Assembly: GCF_000013905.1 (NCBI RefSeq)
Contig: NC_007969.1
Coordinates: forward strand, 2,460,001 to 2,492,000
Direction of reading: 5' to 3'
From: Psychrobacter cryohalolentis K5
GTDB lineage: Bacteria; Pseudomonadota; Gammaproteobacteria; Pseudomonadales; Moraxellaceae
Length of the DNA: 32,000 nt
Shown: positions 18,866 through 27,725 of the stretch, piece by piece
How positions within the stretch are numbered: position 1 is the first letter of the stretch
Layout of the letters: the number at the start of each line of letters is the position of its first letter
Notes under the pieces: model-generated
Databases searched by the model: none
Told to the model about the DNA's origin: nothing
The model's input: only the letters and a program-made list of their open reading frames with translations
Translations under genes and position numbers: made by a program

Positions 18866-19987
18866 ATGAAAATAAAAACGTTAGCTGAAATACTCGCTGA
18901 GTCGGATACTGATTCAGCGAGTTCTACGCCTAAAAACAAGAAACCCATTGAACAACATTCATCTACTAGGTACTCATATAAAGACAAGCCTAAAAGTACC
19001 AGTAAAACTGGCAAGCGCTCTCAGAATCTAAATACATATGATTTAGATGAGAAGTGTACAATAGATAACCATACTAACTTTACAGCAGATTCGACTGGCG
19101 CCTCTTCCTCTTTAAAAATTTCATCCAAATCCAAAAAACGTAAAAAACACTTTCATCCAGCTGCTACTTTCTACGCTGAGCCTAATAGCGTACCTGCTTA
19201 TCAGCCACCTGCTGCGCAAAGTATCAAAGAGATGCTGGCTGAAGTTAAACATGCGGTTCATGACAATGTAGAAGATAGTGTCTCTATTAATGAGACTGGC
19301 GTTGATTCAGCTTTGATGGACTCAGAACCAGCATTTGAATCGGTAGCTGCTCATGATAGTGAGGCAGACAACCAAAATAGCCAAATTGATAACTTACCAG
19401 CTGCTCTAAAGGCATATTTGCGCACGCCTGAGCAGCGCCAAGCGGAAATGGATGCTATCAAAGCAGAAAGTCGCTTACGTTGGCTGGCATTTTATTATTT
19501 GTCACGCCGCGAATACGGCAAGGCTGAGCTTAAGCAAAAATTGCTAAATAAAGAGCAAGAAGCGGCTAAAATTGATGCCTTACTCGATGAGTTCGAAGAA
19601 AAAGGCTATCAAAGTGATTACCGCACTACTCTAATGCTGATTCGTGAAAATATCAGAAAAGGACGCGGCAGAGGTCGTATCAAGCAAGAATTCCATCGTA
19701 AAAAGATGACGATGCCCGATAATATAGATGAACTTATCGATATGGCCAATGCTGAATCTGATGAGTTTAGTGAATTTATAGATGACAGCACAGATAATTT
19801 GGTCGAAGGCATAGACTGGCTCAAACTGGCAGTCACAGCGCGTATCAAAAAATATGGTGATGATATACCCACTGAACAAAAAGACAAAGCAAGGCAGCTG
19901 CGGTTTTTACAATATCGCGGTTTTAATAGTGATATTTGCTTTGCGGCATTGAACTATACGTTAGATACTTTAGATGAACGTTTTTAG
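18866..19987 (+). CDS. recX: Recombination regulator RecX with a ~190-aa low-complexity N-terminal extension
   Basis: The C-terminal ~180 aa (AESRLRWLAFYYLSRREYGKAELKQKL...EEKGYQSDYR...QLRFLQYRGF) has the RecX three-repeat character. The upstream 582 nt are open in the same frame. The position immediately after recA is canonical. Confidence 0.85.
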   Translation: MKIKTLAEILAESDTDSASSTPKNKKPIEQHSSTRYSYKDKPKSTSKTGKRSQNLNTYDLDEKCTIDNHTNFTADSTGASSSLKISSKSKKRKKHFHPAATFYAEPNSVPAYQPPAAQSIKEMLAEVKHAVHDNVEDSVSINETGVDSALMDSEPAFESVAAHDSEADNQNSQIDNLPAALKAYLRTPEQRQAEMDAIKAESRLRWLAFYYLSRREYGKAELKQKLLNKEQEAAKIDALLDEFEEKGYQSDYRTTLMLIRENIRKGRGRGRIKQEFHRKKMTMPDNIDELIDMANAESDEFSEFIDDSTDNLVEGIDWLKLAVTARIKKYGDDIPTEQKDKARQLRFLQYRGFNSDICFAALNYTLDTLDERF

Positions 19988-20042
19988 CAATTTTTAATGC
20001 AACAGTCTTAACCTTTGTCGTTCGCTATTATATTTTAGATAT

Positions 20043-20074
20043 AAAAAAGCGCACCTAATCAGGTGCGCTTTTTT
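20043..20074. terminator. Bidirectional Rho-independent terminator between convergent recX and the yidB-like gene
   Basis: The A-run at 20043-20048 precedes stem AGCGCACCT (20048-20056), which pairs with AGGTGCGCT (20061-20069) around a 4-nt loop. The T-run is at 20070-20074. Confidence 0.85.
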
Positions 20075-20105
20075 ATCGTTTTAAATGCTATAAATAATAA
20101 CCTGA

Positions 20106-20822
20106 TTATTTTAGTGCCCCTAGACGGCTTGATAGTTGACTAATAATTTGATCAATTTCTTCATTGGCTTCAGGTTCGTTATCCAAATTACCGTTTGGCG
20201 TCAATTGGTTCATGACTTCAGGTAATAGCTCAGCCAACCCTTGACGCACCTCTATCTCGTTAGCGCCTGTATGAGCAGCGACTTGCTGTATTTCACTGTC
20301 ATCAAACAATCGATTGATGTCGTTAGGATCAAGATTATCGTTAAGCTCATTAGTACTCAACCAAGAGCGCGCTTGTTTTTCATAGCCCATACCGGTAATT
20401 TTCGAGAGAGCACCACTTAACCCACCATTGCGCTTTATCCAACTCAGTACCATAGGCATAAGGGCAGCAATAAGCATACCTTTACCACCGAAGCCGCCTC
20501 TCGTCGTTTGACCACCAAGTACACTACCTAGAATATCGCCAAGTCCACCAGTACCTGAACTCATGCCACCGCGCTGTTTGCCACCTGTTAACCCGCCGAT
20601 AATATCGTCTAACCCAAAACCATTGTCTGCTGAGCGGCGCTCGTACTGTTGTGGATTATAACCCGCTGACTGATTGCCACCGCCAAGCACACTCCCCAAT
20701 ATATCACCAAGACCGCCGGTACGACGCGGATTGATACGTTGATTAACTGGATTACGCTGTGCGTCCTCTGGATCCATGGCACTACGTGCTACTTGACTCA
20801 CTAAATTCCCTAGCAAACTCAT
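20106..20822 (-). CDS. YidB-family (DUF937) protein with a Gly-rich internally repeated N-terminal half
   Basis: The C-terminal part (ARSWLSTNELNDNLDPNDINRLFDDSEIQQVAAHTGANEIEVRQGLAELLPEVMNQLTPNGNL) matches the YidB/DUF937 pattern. TGGLGDILGSVLGG occurs twice. Confidence 0.8.
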   Translation of the reverse strand: MSLLGNLVSQVARSAMDPEDAQRNPVNQRINPRRTGGLGDILGSVLGGGNQSAGYNPQQYERRSADNGFGLDDIIGGLTGGKQRGGMSSGTGGLGDILGSVLGGQTTRGGFGGKGMLIAALMPMVLSWIKRNGGLSGALSKITGMGYEKQARSWLSTNELNDNLDPNDINRLFDDSEIQQVAAHTGANEIEVRQGLAELLPEVMNQLTPNGNLDNEPEANEEIDQIISQLSSRLGALK

Positions 20823-21045
20823 AACTTTATCCTTTTTATTATAATAACATTCGTCGATATAGGTTTTGGTATAGCAAATTAACGACTGCTACCATCACCT
20901 ACTATTTAAACCGACCTATAAATATAAATTCCAATATAGCAAATCTATTTACCTCTCTAGATAGGCATTTTGTTATGAGATGTAGGAGATAATTTAGTAC
21001 GGTAAGATAAAGCAGATAAGTATCTACAATGAAATCCAAGCTCAA

Positions 21046-21504
21046 TTAAACGGTTTTGTTTGCAATCATATTTGACAAGATGGTCAACTCGCGCCATTGC
21101 TCGGTATTAACCTGATCACGAAATATAGCCACAGAAAATCGGCGTTTATAAGGCTCTACGATATTAAAATCAAAACAGATAACCCAATGAGAATGACTGA
21201 CCGTATCGAGCTTTGCTTGCCACAAGGCATCCCCACGACTCGTACGTATTAATAACTGCCAATCTTGATAAACACTTTTATCAAGTGGCGGCTGGCTTAG
21301 ATGCAATAGTATGGGTCGTGATAAGGCTAAATAGCCAATGACTGCAGCGCTGATGAGGAGTATAACGACATATTGCCATAAGGCTAATGAAGCAAGCGCC
21401 CCCAATACCATAACGATACTGAATAATGCAATATAAAATATCAGATATAAATAGCTTATAGGTTTAATAGCAGTATCGATACGTAGCGAGGTTAATGCTG
21501 TCAT
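21046..21504 (-). CDS. YgfX/CptA-family inner membrane protein (DUF1434)
   Basis: Two N-terminal TM helices are followed by a C-terminal IFRDQVNTEQWRELTIL, which parallels E. coli YgfX LAADSMDEAEWRDLRRILL. The gene lies directly downstream of sdhE, as in E. coli. Confidence 0.7.
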   Translation of the reverse strand: MTALTSLRIDTAIKPISYLYLIFYIALFSIVMVLGALASLALWQYVVILLISAAVIGYLALSRPILLHLSQPPLDKSVYQDWQLLIRTSRGDALWQAKLDTVSHSHWVICFDFNIVEPYKRRFSVAIFRDQVNTEQWRELTILSNMIANKTV

Positions 21505-21591
21505 AGTGAGCTACCAAAGAATATTTCTTATTAATAGAAAAGACTCAATACTACTTTAACAATCAAAAAATAAAACTAGCCATTTAAACAA

Positions 21592-21873
21592 TTAACTCAG
21601 ACTTTTACTGTGACGCCACGTCTTAATCTTATTAACCAACTCCCATATCGCCTCATCTTCTGGTCGGCTTTGATTGGTAAAATAATCTAATAAATCTGGG
21701 TCTTCATGAGTCAGCATTTGCGCAAAGCTTTCTTGTTCGGCAGCTTCTGCCGTTAAATAAAGCTCTTTAATATAGGGTTCAAAATAAAAATCCAACTCTT
21801 TCAAACCACGGCGGGCTTGATAAATAATACGGCGCTGCTCATTAGTTGGCTCTGGCTGGTTATTAATGGTCAT
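21592..21873 (-). CDS. sdhE: FAD assembly factor SdhE (succinate dehydrogenase flavinylation factor, YgfY/CptB family)
   Basis: 93 aa. RRIIYQARRGLKELDFYFEPY...FAQMLTHEDPDLLDYF matches the SdhE (DUF339) signature. Confidence 0.85.
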   Translation of the reverse strand: MTINNQPEPTNEQRRIIYQARRGLKELDFYFEPYIKELYLTAEAAEQESFAQMLTHEDPDLLDYFTNQSRPEDEAIWELVNKIKTWRHSKSLS

Positions 21874-21979
21874 AAAGGTATTCTCATTCGTTTAAAAGGT
21901 ATGTAAATAAATATAAAGCACCAAAACTCTATCGTTCACAATTATTATCATCGATAAATCTATTTTTGCTCATAATCAC

Positions 21980-22903
21980 TTAATTGCAGCCATCTAGTGA
22001 TAGCGATTGGTATTTATCATATGCAGATAGCTGGCTCCATAACGCTATGGCTTGCTGCATCATAGCAACATTATGAGTACGAATGATACTTGCCCCCTGC
22101 TGCAATGCAAAAAGACCTGCAGCAGTACCCACGTTATCACGCTCAAGCGGTTGGGTGGTAGCAAGCGCTTCTAGACCTGTTTTTGTCAGCACTTCTGCTA
22201 AAAATCGCTTGCGTGAAATACCAAACATCATTGGCAGTCTGAGTGTTTGTAGGCGCTTAAGCTCACTCAATAATGCACAGTGATGCTGATAGTTTTTAGC
22301 AAAACCAAAACCGGGGTCAATAATAATATTTTCGCGCATGACACCAATGCTTGTCACTTCATCAATACGCACCTCTAGCTCTGTCATGACTTCCCTAACC
22401 ACATCATCATACTGTGCCAGATTATTCATCGTAGTTGGCTCACCGCGCATATGCATGAGCATAACAGGAATATTAAGCTTAGCTGCCATCACCGCAGCGC
22501 CCTCACGCTTGAGTGCCCGTACATCATTCCAAATATCCGCACCTACTTCAAACGCTGCTTGCATAACCTCAGGACTACTGGTATCAATGGATAGCCATAT
22601 GTCATTGCCTAGCTGCTGCCTAATCGCTGTCACGACTGGTACCACACGCTGTAGCTCATCAGAAGTCGCTACCACTTCAGCATTTGGACGGGTAGACTCG
22701 CCGCCAATATCGATAATGGTAGCACCTGCATCGATCATCTCTTTACATCGTGCTACTGCCTTATCAACTGCATTAAACTGTCCACCATCTGAGAACGAAT
22801 CTGGCGTGACATTTAAGATGCCCATGATATGAGGCTGTGATAAATCTAAGACCTTATCACGGCTGGTCACAGCATAAGCAGCTAAAGGTTGGAATAGTGA
22901 CAT
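21980..22903 (-). CDS. folP: Dihydropteroate synthase
   Basis: IMGILNVTPDSFSDGG, IIDIGGESTRP, DPGFGFAKN and IIRTHNV are the canonical DHPS motifs. Confidence 0.96.
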   Translation of the reverse strand: MSLFQPLAAYAVTSRDKVLDLSQPHIMGILNVTPDSFSDGGQFNAVDKAVARCKEMIDAGATIIDIGGESTRPNAEVVATSDELQRVVPVVTAIRQQLGNDIWLSIDTSSPEVMQAAFEVGADIWNDVRALKREGAAVMAAKLNIPVMLMHMRGEPTTMNNLAQYDDVVREVMTELEVRIDEVTSIGVMRENIIIDPGFGFAKNYQHHCALLSELKRLQTLRLPMMFGISRKRFLAEVLTKTGLEALATTQPLERDNVGTAAGLFALQQGASIIRTHNVAMMQQAIALWSQLSAYDKYQSLSLDGCN

Positions 22904-23004
22904 AACTTATCCATGATAATTTGAATTCGTAAAGTTGATTTTAGCTCTAACTTATAATACTTATGATACCAGTAAATCTAATGTCATTCTAAATTGGTAA
23001 TAAA

Positions 23005-23035
23005 GAAAAAGCCCTTTGTCAAAAGGGCTTTTTTT
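23005..23035 (-). terminator. Rho-independent terminator of ftsH (symmetrical, could act in both directions)
   Basis: Stem GCCCTTT (23011-23017) pairs with AAAGGGC (23022-23028) around a 4-nt loop. It is flanked by A5 (23006-23010) and T7 (23029-23035), and lies about 25 nt beyond the ftsH stop. Confidence 0.8.
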
Positions 23036-23057
23036 ATTCAAAACTTAAGAGTAACTT

Positions 23058-24953
23058 TTACATCGCTGGTAATGGCGGAGGGGTCATTCCGGTTGTTTTC
23101 ACATCATTTTTTGATAAGTTCACTTCATGATGCTGATAGACTCTTGGTGGACGAGGTTGTTCGCCCGCTAAGATATCTTGCAGCTGATCGCGGTCAATGG
23201 TTTCCCATTTCATCAAGGCATCAACCATAGCATGCATCTTTTCTTGATTGCCTTCAATCAATTCACGAGCGATATCATATTGCTCCTCTAACATACGGCG
23301 TACTTCTTCATCAACCTTTTGCTGTGTTGCTTCTGAAATCGTACGACCACCGCCACCGAAGTAACCTTGTGAGTTGTCATCATCTTCATAGACCATGATA
23401 CCAAGCGCGTCAGACATGCCGTATTTGGTAACCATTGCTCGTGCCATTTTGGTCGCACGTTCAAAGTCATTTGAGGCACCCGTAGACATTTGATCGATAA
23501 AGACTTCTTCAGCGATACGACCACCAAATAAAATCGCAATATCACTCAGCATTTTTGATTTATACATACTGGTTTGGTCGTGCTCAGGCAACTGCCACGT
23601 AACACCAAGCGCAAATCCACGCGGCATAATAGTGACTTTATGTACAGGATCAGTACCCGGAAGTAGCTCTGCGACTAGCGCATGACCTGCTTCATGATAA
23701 GCAGTAGCACGGCGCTCCTCTTCACGTATGACCATTGACTTACGCTCAGGACCCATATATAGCTTGTCTTTCGCATCTTCGAAGTCATTCATATCGACGC
23801 TGCGCTTGTTACGACGAGCGGCAAACAAGGCTGCTTCATTAACAAGGTTAGCAAGCTGGGCGCCACTGAATCCTGGCGTACCACGGGCTAAGGCATGAGC
23901 GTCAACACCAATAGTATTAGGCAGTTTCTTTAAATGCACTTTAAGAATTTGCTCACGACCTTTGATATCTGGCAGCCCTACTTGCACCTGACGGTCAAAA
24001 CGACCCGGACGCAATAGTGCTTTATCAAGAACATCTGCACGGTTAGTGGCAGCAATGACGATAACACCTTCGTTGCCTTCAAATCCATCCATCTCAACCA
24101 ACAATTGGTTCAATGTCTGCTCACGCTCATCATTACCGCCGCCCATACCGGAACCACGATGACGACCGACAGCATCAATCTCATCAATAAAGATAATACA
24201 TGGCGCGCTTTTCTTCGCTTGTTCAAACATATCACGCACACGTGAAGCACCAACACCGACGAACATCTCAACGAAATCAGAACCTGAAATCGAGAAGAAA
24301 GGTACTTTAGCTTCACCAGCAATGGCACGAGCTAACAATGTTTTGCCTGTACCCGGTGGACCTACCATCAAAATACCACGTGGAATCGTCGCCCCAAGCT
24401 TGGTAAATTTATCAGGGTCTCGTAAGAACTCCACCACTTCGACGACCTCTTCTTTGGCTTCTTCACAACCAGCAACGTCTTCAAAATTTACTTTGATTTG
24501 GTCTTCGGTTAGCATTTTGGCTTTTGATTTACCAAAGCTCATCGGTCCACCGCCTTTACCGCCAGCGCCGCCTTGCATATTACGCATAAAGAATAAAAAC
24601 AGACCAATAATCAGCAAAATTGGGAAACTGGCTATCAGCAATTGCATCAATACGCTCTGGCGCTTCGGTGCAGTGCCTTGGACTTCAACTTTATTTTCAC
24701 GCAGCAATGGCATCAGCTCATCATCCATCACAGCTGGACGAATGGTTTCAAATTCAGAACCATTTTTCTTCTCGCCGGTGATTTGCTCGCCATCGATCTC
24801 AACACTGGCTACTTGATTTTCTGACACAGCGGTCACAAATTCAGAGTAGTTAAGGTTATCGGGCTCAGATGATTTATCAAAGCCACTAAACACCAGCACT
24901 AAAACGCCGATTACCACCAGCCACAATAAGGTATTTTTTACCATGTCGCTCAC
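23058..24953 (-). CDS. ftsH: ATP-dependent zinc metalloprotease FtsH
   Basis: Walker [12 protein letters not shown], Walker [33 protein letters not shown] and zinc motif HEAGHAL. The start is either GTG 24953 (GGGA about 7 nt upstream) or ATG 24944. Confidence 0.97.
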   Translation of the reverse strand: MSDMVKNTLLWLVVIGVLVLVFSGFDKSSEPDNLNYSEFVTAVSENQVASVEIDGEQITGEKKNGSEFETIRPAVMDDELMPLLRENKVEVQGTAPKRQSVLMQLLIASFPILLIIGLFLFFMRNMQGGAGGKGGGPMSFGKSKAKMLTEDQIKVNFEDVAGCEEAKEEVVEVVEFLRDPDKFTKLGATIPRGILMVGPPGTGKTLLARAIAGEAKVPFFSISGSDFVEMFVGVGASRVRDMFEQAKKSAPCIIFIDEIDAVGRHRGSGMGGGNDEREQTLNQLLVEMDGFEGNEGVIVIAATNRADVLDKALLRPGRFDRQVQVGLPDIKGREQILKVHLKKLPNTIGVDAHALARGTPGFSGAQLANLVNEAALFAARRNKRSVDMNDFEDAKDKLYMGPERKSMVIREEERRATAYHEAGHALVAELLPGTDPVHKVTIMPRGFALGVTWQLPEHDQTSMYKSKMLSDIAILFGGRIAEEVFIDQMSTGASNDFERATKMARAMVTKYGMSDALGIMVYEDDDNSQGYFGGGGRTISEATQQKVDEEVRRMLEEQYDIARELIEGNQEKMHAMVDALMKWETIDRDQLQDILAGEQPRPPRVYQHHEVNLSKNDVKTTGMTPPPLPAM

Positions 24954-25355
24954 TAGTTATTCCCATCCCATACTTATTGGTGTGTTTACTAAACACGTGA
25001 CGTCTATATATAAACGTATGTCTCGCTATTCAAGGTCTATTGGCGAATTATCATTTCTCATTGCAAATCTAAGGTATAAAACAACCTTATTTTTTTATTA
25101 GAGAAATAAGCCGCGCAATAACGATAAATAACTGAGTTTATAAGGCGCTTACTGTCAGACGACTTTGCTAAAAATATCATATAAGCACTTAGAAAAATGC
25201 TTAAAAGTTGATTTCAAACAAAGTTAATATATCATGATATGTGGTATTAACCTGAATAATTCAAGCAGCATTCCCATTTATTCAGTTAACGATTGTAGCC
25301 GTTTTCATTCAATGATTTTAACTGGCTAATTTTGAGGTGAGAGTTTCATTTCATA

Positions 25356-25988
25356 TTACTTAATTGCGATCCAAAATATCTCTTTTGAGCGCGGTCTAGA
25401 AGCACCAGGCTTAATACTACGGATTTTACTAAAATCCGCCTGCATCTGCTTGCGTAATTCTTGTGTACCCTCGCCTTGAAACACTTTCATAATAAGCGCG
25501 CCACCTTCTGGTAAGGTTGCCAGCGCGAAATCGACCGCCAGCTCACATAAGTACATCATACGCGGCTGATCAATGGCACTATTACCTGCTGTATTGGGCG
25601 CCATATCAGACAGCACCACATCAACTTGTCTGTCACCAACCTCAGCCATGATACGGTCAAACACTTCTGGCTCGCGAAAGTCACCTTGGATAAAGGTAAC
25701 ATCCGGCAAGGTATCCATCGGCAAAATATCAGAGGCAATCAAGATGCCTTTTTCACCAACCAAGTGACCAGCCACTTGAGACCAGCTGCCAGGGGCACTA
25801 CCCAAATCAACAACGGTCATACCTTTTTTGATCAGATTGGTTTTTTCATTTATTTCTAATAATTTATAAGCAGCACGGGCACGGTAGCCATCTTTTTGGG
25901 CCTTTTGCACATAATGATCATCAATGTGCTCTTTCATCCAAGCACTACTGCTCTTTGACAATTTTTTGTTTTCAATACGTGTGGCCAA
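25356..25988 (-). CDS. rlmE: 23S rRNA (uridine2552-2'-O)-methyltransferase RlmE (FtsJ)
   Basis: SSAWMKEHIDDHYVQKAQKDGYRARAAYKL, VVDLGSAPGSWSQV and VLSDMAPN. The only start that retains the conserved N-terminus is TTG at 25988. Confidence 0.93.
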   Translation of the reverse strand: MATRIENKKLSKSSSAWMKEHIDDHYVQKAQKDGYRARAAYKLLEINEKTNLIKKGMTVVDLGSAPGSWSQVAGHLVGEKGILIASDILPMDTLPDVTFIQGDFREPEVFDRIMAEVGDRQVDVVLSDMAPNTAGNSAIDQPRMMYLCELAVDFALATLPEGGALIMKVFQGEGTQELRKQMQADFSKIRSIKPGASRPRSKEIFWIAIK

Positions 25989-26358
25989 AATTCCTGCTCC
26001 TATAACGTGCTTTTCTATATGCGCATATGTATTTATTAACTAATGTCTTAATAGACTTTTTGCTTTATGTCACTTTCTACAACCATACAATCAAAAACAC
26101 TATTAACTATGATTTTCAATACTATCAAGCTATTTATTAGCTTCAAAAGGCTAAACCGTTAATTTTTCTTAGTGAAAACACTGCTTTATAAGAGCGTAGC
26201 GTTTATAATGTACCCATAATGGCAGTTTAACATTTTCATCACGTAAAATCGTGCAAAATCCTGCTGATCTCATGCAAGATGATCATAGATTAATTATAAT
26301 GGTCATCAATTGCTCTAAATTTTATTATATTTTGTTTTTACCAACCCCTAGGAATTCT

Positions 26359-26667
26359 ATGCAACTTGATAACGCAACCATCAAACGCTTAAAAGGCATT
26401 GGTCATGATTTGAAACCGATTGTCATGATTGGCAATAAAGGTGTTACGCCAAGCATTACTGAAGAGATTGATCGCGCCTTATCAGATCATGAACTGATTA
26501 AAGTAAAATTGCCTGCTGGTACCAAGGAAGAGCGTGATGTCATCGGTGCTGAGCTTGCTGCTACTGCAAAGGCAACTTTGATTCACTCAATTGGTCGTAT
26601 GGCGCTATTGCTACGCAAAAACCCAAATGCCAATCCTAAGCTTTCAAATCTTGCTCGTAATGTGTAA
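26359..26667 (+). CDS. yhbY: YhbY-family (CRS1/CRM domain) ribosome-assembly RNA-binding protein
   Basis: MQLDNATIKRLKGIGHDLKPIVMIGNKGVTPSITEEIDRALSDHELIKVKL is the typical YhbY sequence. The gene is divergent from rlmE, as in E. coli. The track start at 26251 is a GTG and adds 36 non-conserved residues. Confidence 0.9.
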   Translation: MQLDNATIKRLKGIGHDLKPIVMIGNKGVTPSITEEIDRALSDHELIKVKLPAGTKEERDVIGAELAATAKATLIHSIGRMALLLRKNPNANPKLSNLARNV

Positions 26668-26766
26668 TGCCTCATTACTTGCTAAGTTTATATCGTCTGT
26701 TGTATATAAAGTGGTTTAAAATAGCCTGCTGAGTTATTTTTAGACAGATGATGACGGTGAATAATA

Positions 26767-26798
26767 AAAGCCGCGATGCAACTTTGCTCGCGGCTTTT
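26767..26798 (+). terminator. Rho-independent terminator about 100 nt downstream of yhbY
   Basis: Stem GCCGCGA (26770-26776) pairs with TCGCGGC (26788-26794), with extra inner GC pairs, followed by TTTT (26795-26798). Confidence 0.6.
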
Positions 26799-26889
26799 AT
26801 GTCATTTATAGTTCACTATTTAACATGCGATATTCGTTAGCAGCTATATCATGTTTTATGATGCTAATACTTTTTGAGATAATAAGATA

Positions 26890-27627
26890 ATGAGCCAGAG
26901 TTTTGATTTATATCTAGCAACTGAAACCTTAGCAGATGACGCGCAGCAACTTGGCGTGACAGTGAAAGTTTTACAGCAAATTAGCGTACAGGTAAGCGCA
27001 ACGCTTGTAGCGCAGCCAGAAGCTTATTTACAGCTACAGTATCATGTGACGTTGCCCTCTGAATCACTAGCTGCTCTATTAACTTGGCCAAAGTGGCAAG
27101 CAGATAAAGTAGGCTTTAAGGATTATCTGTGGGAACAAACCTGCCTTGAGTGCTTTTTAGCAGGTTCCTTAATCAGTAGCAGCAGTTCAAAAGATAATGA
27201 TAAGTCCCCCAAAACCAATATGACAATGTCCTATATTGAGATCAATGCCAGTCCTGAAGGTCAGTATGCGCTTTATGAGTTTGACAGCTATCGCTCTCCT
27301 ACAACACTACCGCCAAGACCTCTTATGTACGCTGACGGACAGACACGTGCTGCTATCAATTGGATAGACGGTAACAACCCGAAACTGCTAACGCATGAAC
27401 CTTATCACCACCAACGCAGCTTTAGAATGCCATTAGATTCATTGACGTCCTTGAATCGCAAGTCAGATTACAGTAATGATGCCCTTATCAAATACATACA
27501 TCCTTGTGTTATTTTATCCTTTGGCGAAATCACTCTATACTTTGCGCCCAAACATGCCTCGCCACCCGACTTTCATAATAGTCAGTATTGGACACCATTT
27601 GATAGGCTAGCAGCCCTTGCCAAGTAA
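26890..27627 (+). CDS. Hypothetical protein, 245 aa (possibly a DOMON/CBM9-like beta-sandwich fold, low confidence)
   Basis: A clean ATG ORF. The segment LWEQTCLECFL...YIEINASPEGQYALYEFDSYR resembles uncharacterised DOMON-like proteins I recall, but this is unverified. Confidence 0.6.
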   Translation: MSQSFDLYLATETLADDAQQLGVTVKVLQQISVQVSATLVAQPEAYLQLQYHVTLPSESLAALLTWPKWQADKVGFKDYLWEQTCLECFLAGSLISSSSSKDNDKSPKTNMTMSYIEINASPEGQYALYEFDSYRSPTTLPPRPLMYADGQTRAAINWIDGNNPKLLTHEPYHHQRSFRMPLDSLTSLNRKSDYSNDALIKYIHPCVILSFGEITLYFAPKHASPPDFHNSQYWTPFDRLAALAK

Positions 27628-27663
27628 AAATATCAACTTAATAGCTAGCCTTATTTAAGTCAT

Positions 27664-27700
27664 AAAAAAACTCAGTAATGTCATAAAGAGCATTACTGAG
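27664..27700 (-). terminator. Rho-independent terminator of the CHAP-like hydrolase gene
   Basis: A perfect 10-bp stem, CTCAGTAATG (27671-27680) with CATTACTGAG (27691-27700). The A7 run at 27664-27670 becomes a U-tract on the minus-strand transcript. Confidence 0.8.
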
Positions 27701-27725
27701 TCCGGAGAGAGCGCTTAACTGATAC

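Noticed and set aside
19988-20105. Switch of gene orientation near 20 kb (mostly plus-strand genes to the left, minus-strand genes to the right), which could indicate a replication terminus or dif site.
   Set aside because: I could not find a XerC/XerD dif-like 28-mer. There is no TTATGTTAA or TTAACATAA core, and the GGTGCGC at 20062-20068 is simply the terminator stem. A single local convergence within 32 kb is not evidence for a terminus. Whole-replicon GC skew is needed.
24954-25355. The 400-nt spacer between rlmE and ftsH, which are tightly linked in E. coli, as a possible hidden gene or RNA.
   Set aside because: There is no ORF of 60 aa or more, and I could see no convincing hairpin or terminator, repeat or conserved RNA motif. 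It most likely holds the ftsH promoter and leader. It is only worth checking with RNA-seq.
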